Assembly (NCBI RefSeq): GCF_006345805.1
Contig: NC_043000.1
Coordinates: 12,338,001-12,402,000, forward strand
DNA from: Octopus sinensis
Lineage: Eukaryota
Length of the DNA stretch: 64,000 bases
Direction of reading: 5' to 3'
Positions 13,176 through 27,299 of this stretch are shown in pieces. The notes beneath the pieces were generated by a model. The model worked only from the letters and a program-made list of their open reading frames with translations. It ran no database searches and had not been told where the DNA came from. Positions within the stretch are counted from its first letter, which is position 1. Each line of letters begins with the position of its first letter. The position numbers and the translations under genes are program-made.

Positions 13176-15924
13176 GTGATTCAGACTGGGATATGTTTTG
13201 GTGCTTCAGAATGGCAGCAGTTGTATAGAATCAATTTTTTGTCAGTGTTAGAACATCCAGCCGTAAAATCCCTGCCAAAACAGACACAGTAGCCTAGGGT
13301 AGTTTTTCTACCTGGTTGGTTCCTGTCACCTGTCCTACCCGTACATGCATGGAAGATGGACATTAAACGATGATGAGTCTAGAAATGTTTAGTTTTCTTA
13401 ATGGTGTCCACCAGCCCTACCTGTAAGCTCACAAGTACTTATTTGTCAAGCATTTTTGAATTTCCACTATGGTATAAATGTTAATTGTTGAATGGTCAGT
13501 TTCAGTTCTTTTGTAACCTTCCTCATTTTCAAGGCTTTCCTTTCCACTATAAAATTTTGGGAATCATTGTTGTGTCAGTTAAGTCTCCTGACCAAGTTTT
13601 TAGTTTGGATGTTTAAAATTGCACCTACTAAAAACCGATAATTAAACCTTTTATATCATGAAATACAAAAGTATCAACACTGCAATGAGAGGTTTTTCTT
13701 GGTACAACAATGATTGTAGTGTATCAAGTGCATTCAAAGACATTGGTCTAGAAACAGCATAAGAAGGCCACTTGTAGAACTCACTGTTTCTCACAAAGTA
13801 TGACCAGTACTAGAAATAGACAGGGCAACTGATGGAAAATTTCCATAACACACTTGCACTAAGTCAGAGTTTGTTCTTCAGTTGTTGTTGACTTCATGTT
13901 TTCCTTTCTGACCTATTTTCTGCTATGTTTTCATCACACCGTCATTGATTTTTTTCCCCTCCCTCTCATCCAAACACATATATCCTGCACGTATACAAAT
14001 ACTCAGTCATACTCCTCCACCCTCACACACTTATATGGGTGGAGTGTATTGATTGACTTCCTGATTCTACCAAACTAAAAATAGCAAGGTCTAAAGAATG
14101 ACTTTTGATTTTTTTTTATTATCTCATTTGTAGATATATTTATGGGAAATGATTACAGATCAGTTTCTCTGACCATCTAGAGGATTTTGTGACTGGCTAA
14201 CACAATTTCACATATTTTCTTCATTGCTGTGGTTTTTATTTTGTGACAACTGGACTGTTTGGGCTGGGCAAGGTTGATTTATAATTTTGTAGCTTGACTT
14301 ACAATCAGTGTTTTATGTTAGTATTGTACAGTACATAATGCTACAACCAGCATTGTACCTCCAAATTAAATTGCTGAAAAAGTTCAGTCTTGTACACTCT
14401 GGTTTATAAAAGCAAAAATACAAGAGGTGTACTGCTATCTAGTGCATATAATATGTATATATGTATGTATATACACACACATACACTAGGTCATGGTAGG
14501 TCTATTTCTTTGAATTATTGAATTTTGTGTGTTTATATTTGCTACTTGATTATTTTTTTTTTAAGATCAATTTCTTCACCTCACCTATCCTAAGCTACAT
14601 TATTGAAATGATGTTTTCACTTATCTAAAAATATTAGATTTTAACAGTTGTTTGTCGGAAATGAAGAACATTTTTTTTTTCTGAATTAAGTTACCTTTAA
14701 GCTGTGGCTGTTTCTCATTCAATAGTGCCAGCCTACTCGCCAATTTTTAGAACCCATCTCTGTATGTACTGTTGTGTCTGTAGCCGAGGTACTCTCAAGT
14801 GACCCTGATCACCTGACTAATTGTGCACCATATAATTCAGTTCACCATCATATCTAATAGTGGAAGTTTGTGAATTTTGTTTTAGATTTAAGTCTTTCAA
14901 GTATCCCCAAGGCATTTTATGCTATATGCAATATTGCTCTTTATACCATACAGGAAGACAGTCTTCAGTTGAGACCTCTACAACCCAGTATGTCATGGCA
15001 GCTCAAATTGTTAGATAGGCTACAAAATTTGTGTTATCATCCAGTCATTCATGTGGGTGCATAGTTTAAATTACATGGGACAATTATTGAATACAGTTAT
15101 TTTATGTGAATAGTTACTTTCACTTCATGTTTCATCTAGCATGAAGTATAGAAACTTGCAAAAAAGCAAAACCCTTTTGATCCTTAAAGTCTTATGCATT
15201 TCATCACTAATATAATGGAAATGATGACAAATGTTCCTTGAATCTCTTTACCTTCTCAGTGATAATCAATTTATACTCAGTCACCAGAAACCAATTGTCT
15301 TTTGCCTGCCTCTGAGTTCTAGTCAGCTCATTGTAACCTGTATTGTCAATGCACTTTCTAATTGACTGTGTCAACTTACATGTATTTGGGGGCTTAGCTC
15401 TCTTTCTTGCCACTATCTGCATGTCTTCCTTCAAAAGTACATCAGACTGTACTCTTTATTGTTTTGACATATTTCATTCAAGTTAATACTCATAGAAACT
15501 AATATCTAAAGTGGAAGAAAAGATCTTCATTTTGCTTCAGCTGTTCACCCATCATCAAGTTATACCTAATACACATATTGGCAATTTGCTTTTTGAACTC
15601 ATTGACTGTATATTACAACCGTTGCTCCTTCCCATCTCTCTCAAACTACCACACTGTACTTTTCCCAGTACATTCTCCTTCAACCATCAACAGTTTACAC
15701 AAAGCATTTAATCAAATAAACTTGAATCAGCTTTCTCTATTACCATAATGTCCTAGAATCTCGTGTGTATCACTCCTATGTCTAACAATTTATATACATT
15801 TCCATGCTTGCAATTCATTTACAAAGATATAATTTTTATTAATGTACTGCAGTATTTGTATTCTTTTGGAATATATAATTGTACAGTGTTTGTTATCTGT
15901 TAAAACAATAATCTTCTATTGTAG

Positions 15925-16014
15925 CTGCCGGATTACCAATATTTCAAGATGGTTCTCAAGGACACCTCATTGATGCATTGACAGCTTCCACTGAAAAACG
16001 CACTGACAATAATG
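15925..16014 (+). CDS. MTA1: Candidate 90-nt cassette exon of MTA: (S)AGLPIFQDGSQGHLIDALTASTEKRTDNN
   Basis: cttctattgtag acceptor, ATG|gtaaat donor, phase 1-1, 30 open codons. Confidence 0.55.
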
Positions 16015-17300
16015 GTAAATTTTTCATCTTTTATAATTTCTTTTTATGATTATAAAGTATTTGCCAACAGCAGTTGGAAACTTCCACCAACATTTTCTGT
16101 TGCAGAACATTTTTGCAGCCTTTGTATTTGCTGTAGAAATCTGCTGAAATGTAAATATTTACATCTACTGTACATTGCTCATAATTTATTGAAAGACAAA
16201 TTTCTAGCTATTCTGTCTCATTCTATGAGCAGTGGATTGAAAATCAGTAGATGATTGCATATAGTTGTGCTCCTTATTAAAAGATTTACTGTCTTGATAA
16301 AGTGCCTCCCCATTAAATAGCAGTAATTGTAAATTTAATAAATTTCTGCAGAAATATACATATCTTAAAAAGAAAAAGAGAAAAAAAAAAAAATCCTTGC
16401 ATGAAAGTAATGTTGTTGATTTTATTGTAAGAAGTGGTGTAGTTTTACACAGAATACAAGAATGGTGTATCCACTTTATCTATCTCAGTATTGGGAAGGC
16501 CATATTAAAAAACTATTTACAAAGAAAAACCAGCTGACCTTTTTTTTTTTTAAATATATTTTCTAAAACAAGCAAAAAATAAAGAAAGAAAAAACTTCTT
16601 TGTTGTTTCTTGTTCAATTGAGCAACAGTGATTTAAATGTTTGTATTTTATTGAAAAAAAATTGAAACTGTTTTTCTCACTGGGGATCACAGATCCTGCA
16701 AGGAATGGCCAATTATTTGGTCAAGATTTTTACATTGTCACGAAACACCTAACAATGAACTGGTGCTTTTCTATTTTGACCAATTTTTAAACTGCCAGCA
16801 TGCTAACCAAAGCTACTCTGCTTAAATAATGTTGTCTCGCTGCAACTTGTGTGCAGTAGTAATAAACCCTGGAGTCAGCAAGTTGTGCGTTCTGCAGGAT
16901 TTCACCAGGTGAAGTTTTCCTCATTCATGCCTTCTTCAATGCTACTATTCTCTCAAGCAGTTGTTAGTATTTCTTATTTGCCTTGTGGTTCTTTCGACTT
17001 CCCTATTCTCACTGATCTTCCTTCTGATAGTACATAGTACAGATTCTATCATCACTGAAGAAATGGGCTCTGTTTCAATGTTTCTTGGCAACCTAGGTCT
17101 TCATTGTCTCCCACACAATCACCCAAAAGATTAGAGAAATGAACCCCCAGAAATTGGAAGTATAGGACTAGTGTTTTCTAATCTATTTACAAACTTTCCT
17201 CCACCACTACGTTTGCATGAATCCTAGATGAATAATATGATTTAATATTACACCTAATTTTCAGCTTAGTTTGTACTGATGAATAATTATTTGTTTATAG

Positions 17301-17513
17301 GTCAGTTGCGGTTAACAGAAGGTGGCAGCAACCGACTATCTATGAACATCAAAGCAAAAACCCCTGCAACTTTAGAGTCCATTGTCTCTCGTCTTGGAAT
17401 AGATATAAAAATGGAAAAACCTTCTATGTTCTGCAGACCAGAAGGTGATCAAAGAAAGCAACCACAGAGGTTATCTTTCCCACCAGTCTCTTCACCTATG
17501 ACACGCTTACCAG
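17301..17513 (+). CDS. MTA1: MTA exon: (C)QLRLTEGGSNRLSMNIKAKTPATLESIVSRLG...PPVSSPMTRLP
   Basis: tttgtttatag / CAG|gtgaga, 213 nt, phase 1-1; completes the conserved IKQE-C-xxRL. Confidence 0.9.
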
Positions 17514-18865
17514 GTGAGAAACTTTTTGTGTCTATTGTGAGGATTGTCCATCACCAATGGAACTATACAAGTTTGCTCTTGTTTCACTTTGCGCACATGT
17601 CTGGTTGACTCCAAAATTTGCTGAATTGTTCCTGATGTAGACACAGTTTTCCCTCCCCAAAGAAACTAGAATGTCTTTTTCACTGGCATGTCAAGTCTAG
17701 CACTTCACCAGTTTAAGCATTAATAATGATTTCCAATAAAGATCCTGTGGTTGCTTGCTTAAAATGATATTTAAAAAAATTAAAGAAACACAATTAAAAA
17801 AAAAAAACATGGATGAATTTTCAAAAAAAAAATGTAAAGAAAAAAAGCAACTAGTAACTATTTTATCATAGGACCATGTTAGGGTGTGCTAACCAGAATA
17901 TTTTAATTTTCCATTAACTAGTATTTATATTTAGCTATAAATCCCTATTTGTGCACTCCTTCCCTTTAGTTTCATACTTTTGTCTCATCACTTAGAGGGT
18001 TTCACTATCAACTCAATCTAATTTGACTTCTCAGTTTTTAATTAAACATTGTCAGCATCTGCCACTAGTGTTACTGTTTACCCTGTTTTTTCTTTGTTGT
18101 TTTTGAAGTTGGTTTAATGGTCACTGTAATTTATCAAGCTCACTAATTAAAGTATATTTCTTTAATGAGATACATTGCTATCCAAAAGCATTTTTGTTCT
18201 AGATGTCATTAGGTATCTAAGGAACAAGCTTTTTCTGTGACTGCAGTAGAACATATATTACTATTTATTGCAAAATGTTTGCCTTCTGCCTTGAATAGTG
18301 CAAACTAAATATTGCATATTGGAATTAGGTACCCGTTTCCATAGTTGTGTATTTGTGTGTGTATCTCTGCACTTGATGTTTCATATTTGTCAAACCTGTC
18401 TATAGAGTGATGCTTTCTTATTCTTACAAATATAAAGGTAAATTTTGAGTGTTGTAGTTGAATCTCTTATTATCATCTCCTCTTTTTCTCTTTTCCCTCC
18501 TCTCTCTCTCTTTCATTGATATTTCAATGAAGTCTTAAGGCTTAGTGAATATTTTGCTTAGAATCTTGTCTTCTGAATTGTAACAGAACAAAGGCATGTA
18601 GTTGAGCAGCTTTGTCCTGTGACATTCTGAAGCAAGTACATAGTTGTTTCCTTGTGGTGTGATAACCTGATAAAATGTAATCAACTTCATATGAGACTTT
18701 AATAAATGTGTAGCCCTGTCGCATGTATCGTCTTGTTATGCCTCACCAGACTCGTAAATGTGTTTGCTCTGATAAAAGTTTTAAGCCTCAACAAATATCT
18801 TTGTTGTCTGTATAGTATAAAGTGTTAAAAGTTCACTACATTTTCTAATACTTCTCTGCTTCCAG

Positions 18866-18958
18866 AACCGAAGATGGAACCTATAGTCCCGCGAGTCTCA
18901 ACAAGTCAGCCTTCCATTATGAAGAAGAGAGGATATGAACAAAGCAATGGTTTGGATG
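18866..18958 (+). CDS. MTA1: MTA exon: (E)PKMEPIVPRVSTSQPSIMKKRGYEQSNGLD
   Basis: ctctgcttccag / gtgagt, 93 nt, phase 1-1; KRxYEQxNGxD resembles vertebrate MTA1. Confidence 0.92.
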
Positions 18959-19988
18959 GTGAGTAAACTACTTGATCACCTCACTACAGAGATAAGAGAT
19001 ATTTCTATTTTTAATTAATATTCAAGAGTGTAGTCCATCTTTTTTTTTTTCCTTTTATCACTATGGAATGATCCAGTAAAATTGTTTAAACTCTGACTTC
19101 AAATTTTTTAATTTGCAAAAAATATGTGAAAATTTTGTCCCTAGTTTAATTTTTCACATATTTAAATGGGCTAAAAATTGCTTGCTGATGTTAATTTGCA
19201 ATTAGAATTTTCAAAACAATATAGTGAATAAAACTCACCAAACATTTTAAACCATAGTTTCCCATTCTTGTAAAAACAAAACTGTAAATATAAATCCCTA
19301 AATTAAAACAAACGACTTAAGAAATGGTGAGAAAAAGATAATACAAGACTAAAATCGTAGGCATTTAAAAAAATTTAAAAAAAAGCACATGTATTTTTTT
19401 TAAATATGGTGTCATTTTATCACTTTGTATATGATGTATCCTTGTATATGAACCATTGTTTTGCATGAGTACAATCATTGTTTTTGGTTTCCAAACATTT
19501 GTATTGTTGGTTATTTGCTATACTTTGTATATGAACTAAAGGTTTAACAAAACCAAATCTGTTAATTTGTAAACATTACCTATTCCCTTTGCATGTTCTT
19601 TTATTTTACATTTCTCCTATTTAAGCAATGGAATGAAACACCATGCCTGTTACAAATTCAATTATTACTAAAAGATAATGGTTTGTTGCATTGGTTATGA
19701 ATTCCAAGATTTGTAGAGGATGGAAATACAAGGCTATGGCAATCATTTGTTTTTATGCAGTGTAGTTAGTGGTTGATTAACTCAGGTTGTGAACTGGTCT
19801 TGTCAACAAATTAGTGCTACTTCATAGTAGCCAACAATAACAAACAACAGCATTACTAGTGGTAATAGTGGTATCACTATGTGTAAGTTGTAAAGTCCAT
19901 ACATTGGTTCCTATGTTGTGTGTGCAAATGTATTTACAACTGGAATTCAGGTGGAAGTTGTTAGATTCAACTTAGAAGAGTAGTGTAC

Positions 19989-20407
19989 GATACAAACAAG
20001 ATATTTTTTCAAATGTAGCAATGCTGTTAAAACGGCAGAAATAATGGGTGAATTACCCTTACCAGGTTTAAAAAGTTGTCAACAAACAGTCCCTAAGACT
20101 CCAGCTGAGTGCTTTACCGTTAAGCTAAATTGCCTGCAGACATATTCATCTGCCGATTTAGACACTAAATAGCTTATTGAACAGCCATGTTGTTCAATAA
20201 GTTATTCAGTATCTAAATTGGTGGATCACTGTCAGCAGGCAGTTTAGCTTAGCCATAAAGCACTCCGCTGGAGGCTTGGGAAATGTGAGTTCAAGTCCCA
20301 TGGCTGTTTGTTGACAACTTTTCCCACCTTGTAAGAGTAATTCACCTATTATTTCTACTATTCTAATGACACTACTGCATTGAAAAAAGTACCATCTTGT
20401 TTGTATC
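19989..20407. repeat. Long imperfect inverted repeat (fold-back element), ~200-bp arms, 3-nt loop at 20186-20188
   Basis: gatacaaacaagat...gcttattgaacagc / gttgttcaataagt...atcttgtttgtatc. Confidence 0.9.
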
Positions 20408-22311
20408 TTATAAGAGTAGTGTTTTTCTTTTTTTTTAACCTCACTCTTTAATCAACTTATTTTTACATTGTCAGTAGGTGTATGAAGTTATTTCCATTTC
20501 TTGTTAGAAATTGTTTTGGTTGCTTGTTTGTAAACAATATAATCTCTACAGCTAGTTTTCACTACTATTACTAACTTTCATTTATATCTACTGCACTAAT
20601 ACTAATTTTACCTTGGTACCTCACAGCATTTTATGAATACTGTAGACTCTGCCTCATTAGAAGACTGCATGTATTTTATTCCAACATGTTATGTATTTCA
20701 GACTGTTGTTTTCATTCATACTTGTAAAACCATGCATCCTTTGGCTGAATGTATTGTCACAGTAACTTTTTTTTTGGTCTTTTCAAATTCAGTACCCTTT
20801 TATAATTTTTTACTATCAATTTTTTTTTTTGTTTTTGTTCCTTTTACGTTTGCACACTGTCATTAATCTCTCCTCCACATTATACTCTGAGTGACTTCAA
20901 AGTTCCCTTAGCAAACTTCAACTAGGGTGAGAACAGTAGTCATGAAAGAAGACAAAAAAATAACATTAGGCCTTTGTATAACTTTATAAACACTTCAGGA
21001 GTTGGAGAAATGTTACTCTATAGGTAGTAAATTATTTCTTCTCTGCAATATTTTTCATTCAGCTTTTATTGTTGCTTTTTGTGTTTGTGTTTTTCTCTTC
21101 ATCTGATGCAGTGTCTGCTTCTCCCTCCTTCTTTCCTTGCACATATAGCTCAAGGGTTCTGTGACAGATCATGAAGTAGAACACCGTTTCTAAAATACTT
21201 TAAACTTAAAATTTAAAAAATTGCGACCTGCATTTGGTCATATGATTTAATGTTCGTGTTTCGTCTACCGCATTTTGCATATTTGCTTCTCAATTACCAC
21301 ACTTTAACGCTCCTTTCAACTTCTTAAAATAGTATATTTGTTTTGTGAGCAATTTAAACAAGCGATATAGACTTTATCTATTGTGATAGTCTAATGTGGA
21401 TTTAAAAATTTGCATATATATATATATTCCTCATTTTATTCCAAATTTCTGATTATGAATATAGTAAAATAGTTGCCCTGTTAAAATCTGCCTTTTCTTT
21501 AATCTTTCATACAAATACTAAAATTTTTTTTAAAATGTGTGTGTGAATACAATGAAATCCTCTTCAAAGCTTACCTTGCTTATTCATTTAAACATTAATT
21601 AGATTTGCAGTCTTACAATTGGTTGATACTCCAACTAATTTAGAATAACTTAATTTGAAGCTATTTTTAATAATTTCATTTCATTTACTGATTTATGAAC
21701 ATAAAATAGCTCCTGCTAAAATGCTTATAAATTTTCCTTTAAAATTACAAAAGAATTTGACAAATCTGTTTAAGCCTTCAGATTCGCTTTAAAAATTGTA
21801 AGTTTTACCTAATATTACATTTGCAGTATTTTTTGTCTTTTCCCTTTGAATTTCTAATCAGTGCATTTGATCATCTGTATCTAAACAAGAAAAATATATA
21901 AATTATCTTGAAAATTCACAGACCAGTATCACTTGTCAGGCATATGTTTTTCCTCTTCTCTTTTATATATTTTAACACATTCCATTGTTTTCTGTTGTTT
22001 GGTATATTTAGCATTGAAACTGTTATATTGTCACGGTTCATTAAACTGCCCCAATTATCTTGAGTAGCTTGGATTGATGCTAAATTAGCATATTGGTTCC
22101 TAGTCATAACTGGAAATACAGGTTGTTATTGATTTACTTTCTGTTCAGTTGAATCTTTGTTGTTCAAAATATATACATAGAGAGAAGAATAAGAGATATG
22201 AGCAGCATTTAAAACTTGTGGAAAAACCTAATTCCTACTTAAGAATTGGAAGTACCCATACAAAAGAAAATCTTATTCAGTACATACTAGCAATTAGAAT
22301 TTCTCTTTTAG

Positions 22312-22385
22312 GTCCTCCTGCTAAACGACAGGGCCTCGGAGTAATTCGGCAAGCAGGAAGTGTTCTTAGAACACCAGCTACAATG
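22312..22385 (+). CDS. MTA1: MTA exon: (G)PPAKRQGLGVIRQAGSVLRTPATM
   Basis: ttctcttttag / gtaagc, phase 1-0; PPAKR NLS-like. Confidence 0.85.
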
Positions 22386-25300
22386 GTAAGCACCAGGTCA
22401 TCAAAGGATTGGCTAATTCCCAGGTTTGCTGACATTTGTTGACAATATACAATGCTGCCTCATTCATTCCACTGCTCTTACTTTCTTGGTACCTGTCTTG
22501 CAGTGGCCACTTGCTGTCCCTCAATTTTCTCTTAGCTTTTACTATACTTAATTCACTGACTGTAATTTAAGCAAGAAGAGCCATAGATCACTTCTACTGA
22601 AGCTTTGAGATATCATTATTGCTATTAGTAGCTTTCTTTCTAAGCTACTTGGAAATGATCTGTTGCTGTTGATATTATCTGCTGGATGTTGTTCATTTAG
22701 TACGTTGGATATATTTAAACAAAACTGCTAACTCCACTTACGAATTAGATTGCCAAATGAACAAACACCCAGCCTCATAATTTGAACATAGTGTTTTTTT
22801 AAATTTTTTTTTTTTTTCTGTTGTTGGCCAAATTTTATATTTTATTAAAGAAAATATTTAAATTTTGTACTTGAACTGTTAAACATTTAATCAAAGTTAC
22901 ACTTCCAATGTCACCATCTCAACTCTAAGCAGTGTACTATCAGTTACACTTGCTTAGGCTGAGATTAGACCTGTTGCTTTATACTTAAATGTTGAAATCA
23001 GTGCCCTGTCTCAATGATTTGATGGACTATATTTCAATGAGGGATATCATTTCTTTGGCTAACCACTGCAAACTCAGGTAATTCTACTTTTTAGTATGCT
23101 TTTCGACTGGAACTGAAGTATATGTTTGCATACATAGTGGAGTATTCACTGTAAACAAACATTTTGGCTCCGAGGTTTTATGTTATTTAGGTATTATAGA
23201 GTTTGGTTTGGTCATCTTGTTAAGTCACTTGTCTCTGTGTGGATGAATTCCAGTGTGTTTTTATACTTCTAAATAATATAATACTCTTTTTTATATATTT
23301 CTCTCTCTTGCACGTCTACTTGTTAACAATTATATTTAATATAGCTCTTACTGCAGTGTTTCAACTCCATCTTTTTCTCCTATTTCTTATTTGTTTGGCC
23401 AAACTTTGATAAATATACTCTTGGTGTGCAATCAGTAGCTGGACCTGCTTGCCAAAAAAAAGGCCTTAAAAGAGGTGCCAGGGAATTTTTGCAAGAAGAA
23501 ATATTGATTTTTTTTTTTTCCCCCTCCCTAATATATATTTGATATATATATATATATATATATATCAAATTGAACTATCTACAATCTACTCTATCGTCTA
23601 TTTTTTGTATTGATCTTAACAAAGGCCAGATTATATTTCAGTTTCTTTCTTTACCTTTTCTTCACTAAAATAAACCCCAGTCTGTTTCAATTTAATTCTA
23701 AAATAATTATAGATGTAGGTTGGTTTCATAAAACAACTATTAAGTTTCTTGTTTATTGATATTATGTGGTGTTATAATACAAAATATTTTTTTATATACA
23801 TATAAATCTATGTTGGAATTTCTGTCTTAAATGTACTCTAATTACAGGTAAAATACATTCATTGAAATGTAAACTTATTTAAAAAATTTTTTTTTAATAT
23901 CACCACATAAAAATGTCAATATTCACTTATGATGAAAAACAAAATTGTAGTGTAGAAAAATTGTGCATATTATTGCATTTTCAGTGTTTATAAAGCAACA
24001 TACAAAGGTTAAATAATGTGAAATAGTGAAATTTAATCAAGATATTTGGAAATTTAAAAAGAAAAAAAAATTAATTAAATTTAGACATTTTTATCATCCA
24101 CCTTAAAGGTGAATAAATTAAAGTTGAGTTAAATTTTTTTTTATGATTAGTTTTTAAAACTACGTTAGATATACACAAAATTAATATTTCTGTCCCACTC
24201 TGCAGAATACATTATTGCAAAGTCATTTTAATTAACTGTTGGGTACTTTCAAATGGCCTTTCTCTCAACATTTTTCCATATGAATATCCTACTCTCGTTT
24301 CTGTTGCTCAGAATTGCAGGTGGTTCCCACAATTCAGTACATACAATACATTTATTGACTATATATGAAATCAAGTGTCTCCACCCGCTATTACCTGGCC
24401 TACCCACCAGTGATATTTCAATCTGGTTTGAACAGTCTACACAAATCATGTAGTTGGTGTTTTATGTGCCATTACCATCCGCTTTCTGGATAGAAAATGA
24501 ATTTGCTTCATGTTTTGTCTGCTGTCATCAGCAAATTTTCTTTCTGCTGTTGTATTATTTTATCTTTTTCATTTTAATTTTTTTTAAATATTCAACAACA
24601 TTCCTTTTCGATCTGCAATCACTGTAGTACACACATCTGTTACAGGCTTCTCCAAGTTTCTAGAAGTTTAAAGAAAGTGAAATATCTTTTGTTATGGTAT
24701 AGATGTGATGATTTCCTGGCTGCATCATTTCTAGACAATGCAGGCTTACAGTTATCATCTCGCTTCCCTACTTTGTATAGAATTTAATCCCAAACTGGTA
24801 TATATATGCTATATTGTTAGCTTGCATGCATATATTGCTGGAAATGCGTCTAGACTTTATAGCTACTCTTACTTGTTGGCTTGCAATATGACTGAAAGGC
24901 TTTTGTGCCCAAGAATTTATTCTAAATGGTATATAATAGTTTTTATTGTCACAAACTGTGTACAGTTAGTTTCACTTCAAGATTCTCATATGCGTCATAA
25001 TGCTGCAGAGATAGATAGTGGAAATGAAAGATGGAAATACTTATATTACTTATATTATCACCCTCTCCAAACCAAAATTCTTTTCCTTTCCTTTTACTTC
25101 TCTGTCTCCCTGTTTATCTTTTTACCAATTTTGTTGCCTCATGTTTTGCAGCTGTTCAATATAATCGTACTTTTAGCGAGCACACATATTTCCCTCTTCT
25201 TTTGTGTCAATATATCTGGTGGAGACCTGGCCTCACCATATATCTTTCTGATATGTTATCTTTCTTTGTCAGAAGCTTGTAAAATAATGTTCAGCATCTC

Positions 25301-26402
25301 TTAAATCAGGTTTTTGTTTTTATTTCTATGAAATCAAGTCCTGTAAGTATCTGGCTAACAACCTCTACTACTGGTGTGATAAAATGCAAACAGTCCATAA
25401 AAAAAAAAAGGATTCCAGGAAAGAAAAAAGTTTGAATTATACAACAGATTTTGGCATTTTTTGTTGTTGTTTGGTATATCAAACAACGAAGAACAGTGGC
25501 AGAACAGATTTGTTCAACCCATGCAAATATGGAAAAGTAGACTAGAGACAACGATAGTGGTTATGCTATCATGTATAGTCTCCATTCTGCATAACTGTTT
25601 GGCAGCCTTCTTGATATTTAATTTTGTTATGGGGACAAATATTTATAACTGATTTTATACAGGTTATATAATAATTTAGATATATATAAAAAAAAAAAAT
25701 CTTTGATATTAGAATTGTCAAAATATAATTCCGTATAAGAACAAATCTATTTAATCAGTAATATTACAAAACTGTTGCATGTTATTTTTCTCAAAAATCT
25801 CTTTCAGAATTTATAAACCCTGATTGAAATAGTTTTGTTGCATTTCAAAAAACCTGGTCATATATGTGAGGTAATGGGATGCTTGTGTGGTTGATGCTAC
25901 AATTTCAGAAATTCTATATGAATGAAGGATGCAGTATTAGAATTTTGTCTGACTGTGTGGCTATAATGGGGTTTTGTGATTTATGTCTCCAAGCAGGTCT
26001 TGTCCTTCACACTGAGAAACTAGCATTACTACTTTCTGAAGATGAAAACCCTTTTATTTTCCTTCACACCTCTTTCTGAGCTTATAGTAGACTCCAGTAG
26101 ATGCATTGGTAGCTGGCTATGTCATGGTTCAACCATGCCATAGCCTATTAAGTTTGTTGGATTGATTTTCGTTGACTGTTACTAATTTGATAATATTGCT
26201 TAAACCCTACACATCTATTTGTCTGTTCTTTTTTTTGCCTCTTCTCCTTTCATCCTTTGCCTTCACAGCACATTCTTATAGAAGATTCTTTAATTGAGGT
26301 CTTAATTTCAGTGTTAAAATTGTGTCATTTTAACATGATGACAGTATTATTGTAATGGCTAAAATTAATCTCTAACTATATTGGTGGTACTTTCTCTTTC
26401 AG

Positions 26403-26536
26403 CGAGGATCAGTCATAAACCGCAACAATATGAACGGCCGAAGCAAAACCTCTGGAATAAGGCCTATGAAAATGCACATGATCAGCTGGATTGATGCTCC
26501 AGATGATGTTTACTTTTTGGCCACGGATGCAACTAG
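26403..26536 (+). CDS. MTA1: MTA exon: RGSVINRNNMNGRSKTSGIRPMKMHMISWIDAPDDVYFLATDAT(R)
   Basis: tttctctttcag / AG|gtaaac, phase 0-2; WIDAPDDV.F.AT is the MTA R2 signature. Confidence 0.96.
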
Positions 26537-26773
26537 GTAAACCCTAATTATACATTATCTTTTAGATTCAGGTTTCATGAACTTGTGTACCATTTGGCTA
26601 CTTTAATATTTTATGTATACAGTGTTAACTTTTAAAAATGGTAATCCTAAGTGCTTTTTATGTATGAAACTGGCCTAGTTTTACTTAATGATAAATTCAA
26701 AATGTAAGCTGAAAAGTTGCTTGTTAATATTTTTATTATCACTTTCACCATCACTATTGTGGGCTGAAAGTCA

Positions 26774-27290
26774 ATTATTACCTCTACCTTAGCAAAGGCA
26801 GAGGTATTGTTTTCAGTCATGTTTGTTTGTTTGTCCGTGGACAAGATATATCAAGAACCGCTGTGTGGATTCAGATGAAACTTTCAGCAATGATTTGGGG
26901 ATCGATCAGGTTCCGGACAAGGATTCTGGATTATTTGTTATATTTACTTTACATGATTACGATCTTAAGTTGACTTTCAAGTCTTTCTCAATTATCTCCC
27001 TTTGAAACTATTTTGAATGGCAAATTTGTTTTGGCTTGTATTAGAAAAAGGATAAACTATTTATTACTGTTACTAAATTTTCTACAGCCACCTTCATATT
27101 CCATGACTACTACCATTGGGTGTGATCAGGTACCGGACAAGGACTCTGAATTTCTTTTTTTTTTCCACTTGATTTTTGAGAGTGGTTGAGTTTATTTGAT
27201 ATTCTCATTTTAAAAATCATTGCTGGTTAATTGTTGATAAACTTTTGGTGTTGCCTTGGTGGAGGTTTGTTCTCTCTGAGTGCTTCTGTT
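26774..27290 (+). mobile_element. Non-autonomous Helentron/DINE-1-like element
   Basis: 5' ttattacctctacc..gcagaggt hairpin, (tttg)n, 3' subterminal inverted ggtggaggt then ctctctgagtgcttctgtt. Confidence 0.65.
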
Positions 27291-27299
27291 TATATTGAT

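Noticed and set aside
15170-15711. Possible LINE ORF2 remnant on the minus strand
   Set aside because: Too degraded to assign without a database search
20240-20310. Functional tRNA gene
   Set aside because: A/B-box-like motifs only; no clean cloverleaf; embedded in an inverted repeat
24738-25304. Longest ORF in the track (188 aa)
   Set aside because: Intronic, T-rich low-complexity composition, no motif or splice support
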